Notes under the pieces: model-generated
The model's database searches: none
What the model saw: the letters and a program-made list of their open reading frames with translations, nothing else
What the model was told of the DNA's origin: nothing
In this document: positions 1 through 13,815 of the stretch, one piece after another
Position numbering within the stretch: position 1 is the stretch's first letter
Layout of the letters: every line of letters starts with the position of its first letter
DNA from: the human T2T-CHM13v2.0 reference genome, Homo sapiens
Reading direction: 5' to 3' (one strand)
DNA length: 64,000 nucleotides
NCBI RefSeq assembly: GCF_009914755.1
Contig: NC_060929.1
Made by a program: the position numbers and the translations under genes

Positions 1-1656
1 TTTTTACTGCTCATTAAAGTTTAAAAACATATAAAATGTGTTCCTTTGTGACAGTTCCAATAGATTCTGATTTTGTACTGCTAAGGAGGAGTGATAAAAT
101 GGATTATACACATTTATTAGCAAGCTAAAATGGCGCTTAAAAAGAGATGACATAACATGTAAAATGCATTTATGGGAGAAAATAAAATATACAATTAACA
201 ATAATAAAGTGGGCATATGAGGCTGTGGTAGAGGTATTAATAAAAGCAAACTTCAAAAATTAATTTGGCTGTGATTGATCCAACACAAAGTTTTAAACCT
301 AATTTGCATATTGCAAAGTGTGTAATTTATGTGAAACATGACTCAAACATAAATATGGTTTAGATTAGTTTGTAATAAATCAATTACAAAATAAATTGAA
401 TTGTGTAGTTTAAAATATCTTTCGAGAAAAGGCAAAATCTTTCCAGTATCCAGGTTCAACAGCCAAAGTTATTAAAAGGCTGTTATTAATCAGGTGAGGA
501 TTCAAAACTAGAACAAATATACTGCATCAAATGTTCACATAATGTCTGGAAATTCCTCCCCTTATAATTATGCCGAAGCTAAAAGAGCGATTACAAATAC
601 TTGTTTTGAAATATACAACATACAGCTGTTATAGAATTCATGTGCTTATATTTCATAGACTTTTTCAGTATAAAGGCTTAGTAGCTGAGATACTTATTTT
701 CAAATTATTTGTATTATTAAGAGGATTTTTTAAATCTAAAGACGAAGAAATTAGCTGAATAATTAGCCAGTGCATTCAAACAACTGAAGCAGACAATTTG
801 AATAATTTTACATAGTTTCTAAGAAAATATTAAGCAAACTCATGCCTTTCTTACAAACTGGTTTGAATTCTTCCCACAAAAATAATTACGAGTTTTAAAG
901 TTGTCCTGTTGCAAGAGGATTAGATGACACATTTGTCTATTAGTCTCAAATATACAGAAATACAAAAAAAGGCCGTTTATTTTTCTCAAATAGCGGCATC
1001 AGTAATTATCTTAATCGGAATGTCTGAAAACAAATATCTAAGCCTCAAAAACAAGGGTAGATACTATTTCAACAAAGAAAATGAAAAAAACAAATTAGAA
1101 CACAAAATGAACAATTCTCTCTTAATGAAATTATATTATGATTCCCAACAAAGCAAAATGGAATATAAAAGGTTTTCAGGTGATGGAAACATCAAAGAAG
1201 TAAAGTGATACTTTAATGTTAGATATAGAAGAAATTGTATGATGAATAATACAATTCCATCAAGAAATGATGGGAAGAGTGTAAAAACAAAGCAAAAGGA
1301 AAAAATACGCACTCCATTTGTAAGCAGAAGGGACTTCCACTAAGCTAGTAGAGATTTAGCTCCAAGATTCCTCATTTGCACAGGCTTCTTCCCAGGTCTC
1401 ATAGCTTCTTTTGTTATTTGTCACTTGGCAGTCTGGAGCATGCCAGATTGGAAAACTTTCGGTCTGATGAGCAAACTTAGATATATCCATCCTGGGTGTT
1501 AGTGTGCATGTTTGTTTATATGCTGAGAAAAAGACAGGAAGATAGAGAGACAAACAGATGGTTAGAGATGGGAAGGGAGGCTGAGACAGAAGCCAGGGCA
1601 GAGGACTCATTATCCCAATTGTAGATATTGCAGCCTTGTTGCTAGTTTTTGTTTCT

Positions 1657-1679
1657 GTTGTTGTTGTTGTTGTTGTTGT
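1657..1679. repeat. (GTT)n trinucleotide microsatellite
   Basis: Run gttgttgttgttgttgttgttgt; produces the poly-Thr in the minus-strand ORF 1356..1718. Confidence 0.9.
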
Positions 1680-2992
1680 GTATTTTTCTTTCTTAATTTT
1701 TAAAACTAAAACTACCATATGATCCAGTCTTGCTGTTTGTCTTTCTCCTTTTCAACCTAGATTGTTCTTAGCCATTTTATTTCCATTCTAGCACTTACTG
1801 TAGCAAATTAGGCAAGTAAAATATTGGGATAGGAAATAATTTTTTTAATTTATAAATCTGCAAAAATTGATCAGTTTAAATTTTTTGAATATCTCAAAGG
1901 ATGAGTGAAAGAAATAGTGTACAGCTAACTATTCATTTATACAGGTTATATATGAGCTACTTGTGCATTTGCCAAAGACTGCTTAAGTTGACGTTAATGA
2001 GATTTAAGAGTTACCTCTGTGCTCTTGTGTTAATTAGCTTGATGGTTTCTCCTATTACCTGGCCATTTTGACCAGTCTCTTAGGGCACAGCCTTACTCTC
2101 TGTTCCTAAAACAGAAGAACTTGCATGTCACATCACTGCTTAGAAATGGCTTTCTTAAATAACAAGTCACCAAAACTTGGCTAATGGTATATAGAAAAGT
2201 GTGGTATTGACACATACAGATATATAGGAGCATGTTTTGCTGGCTTTTGAAAATAATGTATAAAAATGCTATTCCATAATAATTACTTTAAGTTTGCACA
2301 TATGCAGCTATACCAAATGCAACTAGGCTACACATAAAATGAACTATTCAATAAATTTGAAATAAAGAAAATAATGTTATGCTTGATTACATTGTTTTGA
2401 GATGTAAGTTTTTGAAGTGGCATCTCTTTTTTCATTACAAATGAATCGTCTGGACTAAAGTTACTGATGTCTATGAATCCAGAAGTCACAAGCAAAACAG
2501 TTAAGTCTGTTTTCCTTCTGGTTTTTAATAAGTGTGTGTGGCATTTTGTCTTTATTTGCCAACATCTAAACATAGGCAGGGTTTAATTCAAGAAAAAGGA
2601 TAAATATTAATGCAGTCTACTGAAGGAAATGTATTCTTTCACTTAATCACTCCAGGTGAAAATGACTATCTACAAATATTGATATATTTATTCTTCTTTC
2701 ACGCTAAATAGTGAATGATCTTTTGGTAGCTCACAAAAGCATTAAAAAACCTGACCACCTGCAGCATTTCATCCCATAATTCTGTCTTGTGCCAGAAGAC
2801 ATATATTCCATGTCACGTTGCGATATTTAGCACTTTCCAAACACATCTTACACATTCTCTAATCTAGGCATTTCTGTGAGCTTTTACCTCAGCTTAAAAT
2901 GCCTTTTTACACAGCATTGACCTATTGAAGATCTGCCTTTCTTCTTTGGTCAGCTAATATATTACATAATTTGAAGATTATTTCCACAAGCC

Positions 2993-3620
2993 TGTGGTTG
3001 GCAGAATTCTGCGCAAAAAAAAAAAAAAAAAAAAAGTCCCCAATTCAACACCCGAATCCAAGAAATCTATATGATGAGATAGCACTCTCTGATAACATTA
3101 TATTTTATGGCACAGTTGACTTTAAGAAAGGGAGTTTATTCTAGTGGGACTGATCTAATCCCATTAGCTCCTTAAAAAGCTGTACATTTTCTCCAGTTAA
3201 TGCAGTGAAGAGGAAATCAGAAGTATTTAAAGCAAAAGAAAGATTACATCTAGTTTCTAAGTTTCAGATGGAGCAAGCCACATGCCACTGAATGTGGCCA
3301 CACATTGGGAATGCCAGGTAGGAGCTGAGAGAGGCCCCAGCTAAAAGCCAGCAGGGAACTGAGGACCCCACTTCTACAACTGCAAAGAAAACATTATATC
3401 AACAATCTGAATGAGCTTGGAAGTAAATTCATCCCAAGGGCTTCAAATAAGAGCCCCTTTAAGCCAGCATTTTGATTTTGACCTTTGGTGACCCTAAGCA
3501 GAGAATCCTACCAAATTTCACCCAGACTTCAGTCTTACAGAATCATGACATAATAAATGGATATTATTTCAAGCTGCTAAATTTGTGACAAGTCATTATG
3601 TAGCAGTAGAAAAACAATAC
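2993..3620 (+). mobile_element. MLT1 (MLT1E/F-like) ERVL-MaLR solo LTR
   Basis: Starts tgtggttggcagaattct, has cagttgactttaagaaagggag and ggactgatctaatc internally, ends aagctgctaaatttgtg...gcagtagaaaaacaatac, as in MLT1 consensus termini. An A21 run sits at 3015-3035. Confidence 0.75.
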
Positions 3621-3760
3621 TGCTGCTTCCAAAAACAATTAAGCTCTTCAAACCTTCCTTTCAATGGAATTTGAGTGTGCTTCACTCAATGTATCCCTCA
3701 TTTTATTTACTCTTTCATGCATTTCTTTCTCACTTGAAAGTCTTAAAGTATAGGAGATAA

Positions 3761-4190
<430 letters not shown>

Positions 4191-4329
4191 CTGAATTTAT
4201 TTCTATTAACTTCTTCCATATTCAACATTGCCTCTAAAAGAAAAACCTTCAGGATAGTCCCAAATGGCCAAATGGGTAGAGTTCAAATATGGCCAAATAG
4301 GCTTCTTCCATCTAATAAACCCAATTTTG

Positions 4330-4625
4330 TACAGGATCCACATGTGGGATTGAACCAAACATAGATTTAAAAAACTCAAAAGTAACAATACAACAATAAA
4401 AAATACAACCAATTAAAAAACAATACAGTATATAGCAATTATTTATACAGCACTGACATTTTATTAGGTATGATAAGTAATCTAGAGATAATTTAAAGTA
4501 TATGGGGGGTTGTATGTTACATGAAAATATTATGCCATTTTATATAAAGGACGTGAGCAGCCACAGATTTTGTTATCTGCCTCTGGTCATCCTAAAACCA
4601 ATCCCCTGCTGACAATAAAGGAAAC
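4330..4625 (-). mobile_element. MER2/Tigger3-type non-autonomous TcMar-Tigger element
   Basis: tattaggtatgataagtaatctagagataatttaaagtata, gccattttatataaaggac and aaaccaatccccT match the reverse complement of the MER2 core. Confidence 0.75.
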
Positions 4626-4670
4626 ATGTGAATCATAAATACCTATTTCATAAATGTTACTTCACAATGC

Positions 4671-4768
4671 ATATATATATATACACACACACACACGCAC
4701 ACACATATATATACACACACACACACATCATATATATATATTATATATATATATAATATATATATATA
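4671..4768. repeat. Compound (TA)n/(CA)n microsatellite
   Basis: Alternating atatatat and acacacac blocks. Confidence 0.9.
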
Positions 4769-4815
4769 CCCTTAACGTACAGGAGTATCTCATATACGTA
4801 TGTACTCTTAACGTA

Positions 4816-5752
4816 CAGGAGTACCTCAGAAATATTGAGAGTTCAGTTCCAGATCACCAAAATAAAGCAAATATGGAAGTGGGTCACACAAAGTTTTAGG
4901 TTTCTCAGTGCATATAATGTTACGTTTATATCATATTGTAGTCTGTTAAATATGCAATAGCATCATATCTAAAAAATATACTAACTTAATTGAAAAATAC
5001 TTTATTGCTAAAAAAACAATAAAATAAGACAACAATGAAGTTTGTGGCATTGATTGACTCTTCCATTAGGGAAAGATTTCTCTATTTGATAGCATTTTGC
5101 CTACAGTGAACTTCTTTCAAAATTAAAGTCAATCCCCTCAAACCCTGCTGCTGCTTTATGAACTGAGTTGATGTAATATTCTCAATCCTTTGTTGTCATT
5201 TCAAGAATGTTCACAGCATCTTCACCAGCAGTAGATTCCATCTCAAGAAGCCACTTTCTTTGCACATCCATAAGAAGCAACTCTTCATCCATTCAAGTTT
5301 TATCATAAGACTGAAGAAATTCAGTCACATTTTCAGGCTCCACTTCTAATTCTAGTTCTCTTGCTATTTCCACCACATCTGCAGTTACTTTCTCCAGTGT
5401 AGTCTTGAACTCTTCAAAATCCTCTGTGAGGGTTGAAATCAACTAACCCTAACTCTCATAAACTTCTGTTAATGTTGGTATTTTGACCTCCATTCATGTA
5501 TCACGAATACTCTTAGTGGCATCTAGAATGCCGAATTCTTTCCAAAAGGTTTTCCATTTATTTGGTCAGATCCATTAGAGGAATTATTATCTATGGCAGC
5601 AATAGCCTTCCAAATGTATTTCTTCAATAATAAAAATGGAGCCCATAAAGATGGAAAGTCAAAATTACTCCTTGATCCCAAGGTTGCAGAATAGATATTG
5701 TATTAGCAGCCATGAAAACATTAATCTTTTTGAACATCTCCATCAGATTTCT
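4816..5752 (-). mobile_element. Tigger1 DNA transposon, 3' part (degenerate)
   Basis: TA followed by caggagtacctcagaaatattg...gttccagatcacc is the right terminal repeat. Interior ccctcaaaccctgctgctgcttta, gtagattccatctcaagaagccactttctttg and ggctccacttctaattctagttctcttgcta match the antisense transposase C-terminus. Confidence 0.85.
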
Positions 5753-6287
5753 GAGAAGACTGACAGTAATTACTCAAAATGAAAATCTTTTTACCTGTTA
5801 CACAATGTAATGGATATAATGAATTTATGGTTATCAACTTTAAAGACCACATTGCTCATTCCTCTTCTAGCTTCATAAAAGTACCTATGTTATTAACAAC
5901 AGTCAGAACTTTAATGATTCTCTACATATTTCTGAATTATTGTCCAAGATTAAAATAATATTAAACGATTTCAAAATATTTATAAAGAACATAAACTTAC
6001 AGGATGAAATATCAGAAAATAAAGCTTTTGAATTGCCAATATATATAATAATAAATATAGTCTGAGAACATAGGAGTCTATAGGCTCCATTTTAATTTCC
6101 CCAAATTTAGATATTTCTACAGGACAAATTGCCTTTTACAGTCTTCCACATTCTACACTTTCTCTCTCTTGTTTTCTTTCTTCCAAAGTCCTACAAATGT
6201 TTTCTTCCAAAATGTACTCCTTACTGTATTCATCTATTTGCAAAATGAAGAATTAGAACAATTCTCCAGTAACTGTTTACAAAGAAG

Positions 6288-6545
6288 AGTGGTATAGCTT
6301 CACAAGCAAGAACACAGGCTCTAACTTTGGACTACTTAGGTATCAATACCCATTATGCTTGGTCCTACCTATGTAGATTTGGTCAAGTCACCAAATACCT
6401 TTATGTATCAGGTTTGGCAAATTTTAAATGAGAACAGTAATATCAATTATTATGAGGTTAAATAAAGATTAAATAAGGATTAATATCTCTAAAACTTTGA
6501 GCGTATTACCTGACATATAGTAAGAACTGTGTAAGTGAGCTCTTA
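6288..6545 (+). mobile_element. MIR SINE (near full length, degenerate)
   Basis: aagaacacaggctct ... ttggtcaagtcacc ... taaatgagaacagtaata ... cctgacatatagtaag follow the MIR layout. Confidence 0.65.
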
Positions 6546-7449
6546 TGATCTGTATTATAGAATGCTATAAAGTGTCCTTGGAGAGTATCTGATACAACCT
6601 CTTTGTCTTACAGTAGAAAAAACACACATCACGGGCCGCATGGCTTACTGAAGTATGTAGTTTCGGATCTCACACTCTTTGCTTTGATTCAGGGATCAGC
6701 CATTTTCTTAAGGTAAATTATTTAACTTGCCTACGTTTCAATTTCTTCATTTTTAAAATAATATTTAGAGTGTTGTTAAAGTTGGATGATATAACCTATC
6801 AGTATCACTGTAATATAGAAGATTTTCAGCAAATTTAACCCCTCCCCCACATTTTTTCTTCTACTCATTCTTCACACATATTACGATTTCCAGAGAATCC
6901 AATTTATTTTTAAATTCTCATTGATACTCTTTCTGGGAAACATAATGAATTCTAATATAATTTATCCTACTAAGCAGGTGACACCCACACTTGACTACTT
7001 GTTTCACATCCAGAATACCTACCTGGCAAATATTCACCCATGGTCATTTTCAGACTGACAGAAACCAAAACAATTTATTGTCTGGCTGCAAGACACATTA
7101 CTGCCTAGACCCTTGTAGTTTTTCATTTCAAATACTGCCTTAAAGTAATTATTGAATCTTTCTTTTCATTTCAATTTACACATTGTAATAATTCTTTAGG
7201 ATTTTGCTTCAAAAGTAAGTTAAATATCAGACTCCTTACTTCACCTGAGTATTAGTTCTGACTAGGTTTTTTGCAAATGGTCTCCATCTGACCTGTCTGT
7301 CTCATATATCTTATCTATGAAATGAAAATAAAATTAGAACCTACTTAACAGGATAAGACACAGCATACTTACTGGCACAACTTAATCCCAAAGTATATTT
7401 ATTTTTATTTATAATTGTTGTATTAGAATTGCTGGTGTTGACATTACCA

Positions 7450-7990
7450 AGGACCTACTGACTGAGAGGAACTTTGCTAAGCTCTGTAGACATAGAAATA
7501 ACATATAATTCACCTCAATGTGTTAGAAGAAAAGTCTAAATAAATAAATAAAAGTACAACATGGTGAAAGCTATAATTTACTTAGATAAAAGAGGTCATA
7601 AAAAGAACATTTTCAAAGTGTGGTAGAATTTTGAAATGAATCTTGAAGAGTGAATGTGAGTTCAGAGGCCAGCAAATATGTCAGGCAACAGCATGGTATG
7701 TGAAAAGGCTGTACATTTACAAAAGTCTATTGAGGAATTTTTTTTAATAGTCAAAATTAGATAGCAAAAGTAGAATTCTACTTGGATGTTGAGTGAGGTT
7801 CACTTTATGCAGGAAGTCTCCTCTTACTGCCAGACCTGTTTAGGCCCCCAGTTACTACCTTGTTTTTACCCTACTTTCGAACCATTTGTAAAATACAGCA
7901 ATTACTAATGAACAAGAGCAGGAACTGTGTTACTTTCAGTGCTATATTGTCAAAACCTTGCACATATTAGGTGATCAATAAATATTTCAG
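7450..7990. mobile_element. L2 fragments (minus 3' end about 7450-7700; plus 3' end about 7900-7990)
   Basis: ctttgctaagctctgtagacatagaaat and tgaatcttgaagagtgaa; gagcaggaactgtgtt...taggtgatcaataaatattt. Confidence 0.45.
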
Positions 7991-8169
7991 TTGATAGCAA
8001 ACCACCATAATTAAATTAATTATATAATTAACATTTTATACTTCTGTATTAATATATTTACTACCAACTTAATATTTATTGGTTACATATGTACACATTT
8101 ATTAATTTATTATATGATTTGATTAGTTATATTATATATAATTAATTATGTAATTTGTTTTGCCATATT

Positions 8170-8552
8170 AGTTTTAGCAAACTATGGCCTGCAGGCCAAA
8201 TCAGGCCATTCCACATGTTTTTTTTTTTTAATGGAACAATGAATAACAGTGGTTTTTCCAGATGAACATCTTATAGATAAACATTTCTATTCGATTCAAT
8301 AACACAAAATACCAAATATAAAATCCAATTGGGCAATGTTATCTCCACTAATAAAAACTAATCCCACTCTATTGTTAATAGAACTTCATGATAAAAACAT
8401 ACCACATTGATATTATATTGTATTACTGTCCCAAAATGGAAGATTTTATTTATATACAATAATTTTTATAATATGCTTAATTTTTACTCTTGGCTTGCAA
8501 AGTTTAAAATATTTACTATCTGCCTTTTACAGGAAAAGTTCACTAAAATGTG
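8170..8552 (+). mobile_element. MER58-family hAT-Charlie element (MER58C/D-like)
   Basis: 5' gcaaactatggcctgcaggccaaatcaggcc and 3' gcaaagtttaaaatatttactatctgccttttacaggaaaagtt are the MER58/Cheshire ends. Confidence 0.75.
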
Positions 8553-8569
8553 CTCTACCGAGTAATTGA

Positions 8570-8996
8570 CAATATTAAATTAAAGGATTATTAACAAAGT
8601 TAGGGTCAAGATGAATGGAACTAGGGAAGATAAAGCACTCAGTCATTAGGAAACAAAAGAAGTCATTATCATCTCATGGATCTACAGGTCAGGGAGGAAG
8701 ACACTGTCAGCACACAGTTGGACTTGCAGCAGTCCCAGGAGTGAGGGTGCCTCAAAGGAACTATAAACTTAATCAACTCAGCTACTGGCAAACCTTTTCA
8801 CAGCAGGTAAGAATAAACATTCTGACATCTCTGCAGACATAGATATGATGATCTCTCTCTCCTATATTCCTCAGTCTCTCACAATGCTTCCATTGGTCAT
8901 CGGTAGTCTGGGAGCAAGGGAGCCCGAAGTTACTGAGTCCATAGAATTCAGTCTCTCAACTCACAGAATATGTTCAAACAGAGAACTGCCAGCACA
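8570..8996 (-). mobile_element. LTR33-like ERVL LTR
   Basis: cttccattggtca...ggagcaagggagcccg...agtccatagaattcagtctc...ccagcaca resembles the antisense 5' end of LTR33. The left boundary is approximate. Confidence 0.55.
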
Positions 8997-10464
8997 AAAT
9001 GCAAAGCACTAATGGGCATTTGTACATAAGCATATGGAATGCAGAACAGAAAACCGAACAGAACAGAGATTTTAGATTCTGTAGGCACTTGGGTGGTTGT
9101 TGACTTTATTGATCAATATGAGGTTTCCAGAGAATATTATTTCCAGCTAGTAAAGGATGTGGGCTGAAAAGCAAACCCTTAGAAACCCAGGCATTTAATG
9201 AATAAAGAATAATAGGTTGGAAAGAAGTAATAAAGGGGAAAACATACTGCAAGCTAAAAAGGGTACTTCCTAAAATTATTTTAGTAATAAATATTCATGA
9301 GTTAATTGATTGCTAAACAAAACAGCTAAAAAGGAAATGTATACATTCAAACAACTTCAGCTCAAAATGTGTATGTATATTAATGTAGAATCTAACTTCA
9401 AAGTAGTTTGCAAATTCTGACATTCTTTACCACCATTATGGTTACCATCTTACAGTAATCACATGCAATGCTGAACTAAGCTGCTGTCATTGTCTCCCAC
9501 AGTGAATCTGAATTTCCACATATCCTCCTAAATTCTATTTACTCATCACCCAACAGCCTGAATAGACTTGTAATATGCATCACTTCATACTTCTGCTCAA
9601 AATCATTTGAGACTCTCATCATCCTTAATGTAACAATCCAAACTTATTATTATGGCTCTTTCTCAAAGAAGAATCCTTCCCTGAATTTCTAGATATGATG
9701 CCCACGTTCTACTGCAAAAGTACTTCAAGTAAGGAAATTCATGATCCCCAGAGGAAATAACCTATACCCATCAAATGGCTGACTTTGAGAAACCAGAATA
9801 AAATATTAGAGTCATTGATAGTGCATTTCTCGAAGTCTAGATTTTTACTTCTTAAATACTATTATTTAAATCAATTACATCTTAAATGATATCTGACCTA
9901 ATGCATAGTTATAAAAAGCATTTCTCTAATTCTTCAAGGGCACAGAATGGCTAAACACAAACTTAATATAAGCTTCTCAACAAAACACATCAATATCTCT
10001 CAGTCTTTAGCCTCTGAATCCAGATTTATAGCGACATCTCACTTTTCTCCAGGAATGATGAGCAAGCACTGACTTTAAATTAGTCTTAAACAAAATACCC
10101 ACCATAGTCATTTTTTCCCAAACCCAGGAATTCTCTTCCACAAGTAATTTATTGTCTTCCTCCAGTTGCTGACATCCTCCACAATTCACAAATGCCAATT
10201 TCCTCAATTTGGACATACAAAGAAGTTAATAAATCAATATATTTCTCACCAGCCACCCAGTTATACATATATCATATAGAATCACTTTCTCCTGCTTACC
10301 AATCTTGTAAGCCCTCCTTTGCCTACTGAATATAATCGAAAGTCCTTGTTTTACAACGCACTTATAACATTCCTGCAACAGACCTTTCCATTTATATCTC
10401 CTGCTACCATATTATCATTCTGTTCCTTATTCTCTTAATCTTCAGAAAAAAAAATCACCCACTC

Positions 10465-10760
10465 ATATATTTAATTAACAAACGTTTTTTGAAGCTCAGA
10501 GTAAGAAGCATGGCATCATATCTGGGGGCTGGGGATCCAGTAAATGTAAACACCCTTCCTGCCCTGAAAGAGCTTAAGGTCTAATGACTAAGTCAGACCC
10601 TAAAGATGAAAATATGATGAGTGTTTAAAAGAGCAAGGAAAAGATGCTTTCAAAAATTTTCACATGGGGATATAAATTAGACACTGAGGAAAGCCTCACT
10701 GTAGAAATTTTCTTATCTTGTGTCTTAAAGAATGAGTAAAATTTGGTCATGTTTAGTGCT
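10465..10760 (-). mobile_element. L2 3' end
   Basis: tttaattaacaaacgttttttgaag ... ggctggggatccagtaaatgtaaacac..cctgccctgaaagagcttaaggtcta. Confidence 0.6.
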
Positions 10761-12862
10761 TAGGGAATAGGAGGAAACAATACGAGAGAGTAAATTTTGT
10801 GCTGTGATTTTACTGGCCTTCCCACTTGTCTATGTACTTACTTCTTATTTAAATGTCTTTGTGACCCATTTCAGAATGTAACCCTCATGTTACCTTCCCA
10901 AAATCTCAGAATAAATTTATCATCCTAATCACCTTGTACTTCCATTTATATAATCATTAATCACATACTCTATGTTTTCTCCTAGATAGTAATTTCTTGA
11001 GGGAAGAATCTTGTACAATACTTTAATCTCTCCAACATTCCTCCAGCTACTGGTAGAATCTAGTAGGTTATAGCAATGTAAGTTGAATCCTGAGATAATT
11101 TAGGCCTAAAAAGATTGCCTTACCAGCCTAGATCAAACAGTAAGTTAATGCAAAGGCAAGATGAAACATGAGTCTTCTAGTTTTGAATTCTGTTTTTCAT
11201 CAAGATTTCATAAAGTTATTAGTTTTGATATTACTGCCTTAATTTGCTGAGCTTCTGAATTTAACTATGGATAAAAATTTTTGAAGAATTGGAAATGGAA
11301 CAAACAGCCCCAGTCATTCAGGTACGTTCTTGGGGAGTCACCTTGAGGTCAGAAAACACTACAATGAAATGATCACTTGTCTCCAAGTCTTCCTCTATAT
11401 TGCAGACAGTAAAGCTTTCTGCATACAGTTAGTAGGTCATGGTGAAAGATATTTGGATTATTTCTCTCACCTTCATTCCACTCTCATTCTATTCAAAGAC
11501 AATAGAGTTAGAAATAAAAACCCCAGATTAATTTGTAGCTATGATACAAAATGTAAATTAGAATTTGCTAATTAGACACACTTGTGTGAAAATTAGACAA
11601 TAGAATGGCTGATAGCGTCTTTCAGATGCTGCAGGAAGACAGATAATCTGTGGAAGAAGTGAGTACTGCCCAGTCACCAGTGTCATGACTGTGGCATATG
11701 CAACCTGGACATTTTATTGACCTTGGGTAGTAGCAGTGGTGGTGGTGAGGCCTAAAAGCCAAAGGTCTAGTGGCAGTGTCCTAATTTGCACTCCTCTGTC
11801 CCTTCTGAGTCCCTGAGTTCAATCATTTTTTTGTTAGAAGTGTTTTGGCCAGTTTCCGTTTTCTGCAGTCCTGACTGATGGAGTGTTCAATAATATTTGC
11901 CAGCAGATTCACCTTTAGAAAACCTTAAGTACTTTTTGTGTCTTTGTTTACTGCCTTGTATATTGTCCAAAGCTGCATGCTTTATGTTCAAATAGATAAG
12001 ATAACAAGGAGATTAATTGGATATTCCCCAGGGGCTAACGCCAGGCAGGAAACTAAATCTGAACGTATTTGATGATTAAGAGGAATTTCTGTGGATTTAA
12101 GAGTAATCTTCAAATGCATAAATAATTGGTTAATCAAAGTCAGTTTCATAATTTCCCAAACTGTTTCTAATTTATTAAGCTCTTCAGATACTTTAGTATT
12201 TTAGAATCTTAGCAATGCTTCAGAATTATTATGCACTTTTTTGATCTCTAAATATAATACTTAAATGACATTGAACATCATTAGAAAATAGTCTCCTACT
12301 GCTTCTTAAATGCTGAGTCAAAGGCAGGGAAGTTATGAAAAATAAATGAAGTAAAGCCACGATGTTTACTCTCAAAGCAGGAGGCACTAATCTTGTGACA
12401 ATGCTCTGTTCCACTGGCATTGTTATTGCTGCCACATGGAGTGATTGATGGGGATTTAATCATTTTATCTAATGCCTCCTGGTATTGGGGAATGATATAT
12501 GCTACAGCACAGCTTTTAGAACATTCCAAAATTTTCTTAATGTAAGAAATTGGGTGCAGATCTGCAAATGTTGCTTTTTTTTCTTACCTCCATAAACAGA
12601 AACAATTTGGGGATCCTTTGATACTGATTACACAGAACATGAGATTACATACCTTTAGTATAGATGACAAAAATTGTAATTGATTATTCCTACTGATGTA
12701 CTATAATATTCCTAATCACAATATTGGATTATTTCTAATGACATATAATATTAACAACTCTTAACTATATGTTTTAAGTGGTGTTTAAATTAAAAAAGAT
12801 AATTGCACCTATCTGACATTACATGTTTTAATACAAAGCTCTTGGAGCATAGGAAATATTTA

Positions 12863-13170
<308 letters not shown>

Positions 13171-13339
13171 TTACATTGGCTACATTCCTTTTTAATATAC
13201 TTTAAAGCATAATTTATTATTATAGGTATTCTTTAGAGCAACTGGATAATTTGTTAACTTGCACTTGATATACTTGATAACAAATAAGTAAATGCTAGCA
13301 TACCTAATTATTATGCTAATATCGGTGTCAATATATTTG

Positions 13340-13815
13340 TCCAATGCAATTGGTGAGAGGAATTGAACTCAACAACACTGAGTTCTGGGGTGAGCTAATG
13401 AAAAGACTTTGGGAGAGGTTCGTCAATGTGCTAAAGCAATCAGGTTTGCTAATTGGCACTTAGTGAATTAGGGTCTTCCAGTCTCACAGAGTCTGGGAGA
13501 TAGAGCCCTTATGTTTGTTTTGTTTTGTTTTTCTCTGAATCTGAGCACAGAAGAGTAGATAGAGCTCTTAGGTTTCTTGATGGTATCCTTTCAAAGGGAT
13601 GGGTGCCAGGTCTTTGGAAGAAACATTATTTAAATTTTAAAACTGCCAAAGGGCTGGGAGGAGGCTTCTATCCCGAAGCGGCAGAGAAAGACTTCACAAT
13701 TTCAAGCTTTATGAAGTAAAAGTACTAAGAAAAGAGAAATCAGGGGCTAATACTAAGGAAGAATCCTGACTGAAGTTTAGTTCAGCTGAAGAGAACACTA
13801 TGACTGTCTTGATCA
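13340..13815 (-). mobile_element. MER67-like ERV1 LTR
   Basis: Antisense of tga(c/t)caagacag...cagctgaactaaacttcagtcagg; gtttgctaattggcactta and ttcaaagggatgg..ccaggtc blocks. Confidence 0.65.

Noticed and set aside
1356-1718. 120-aa minus-strand ORF
   Set aside because: Built partly from the (GTT)n repeat, with no recognisable domain or exon structure.
3015-3035. A21 inside the MLT1 LTR (also A24 at 55661, A16 at 56925, A14 at 50437) as ultra-truncated retroinsertions
   Set aside because: No flanking TSDs are visible; homopolymer slippage is sufficient.
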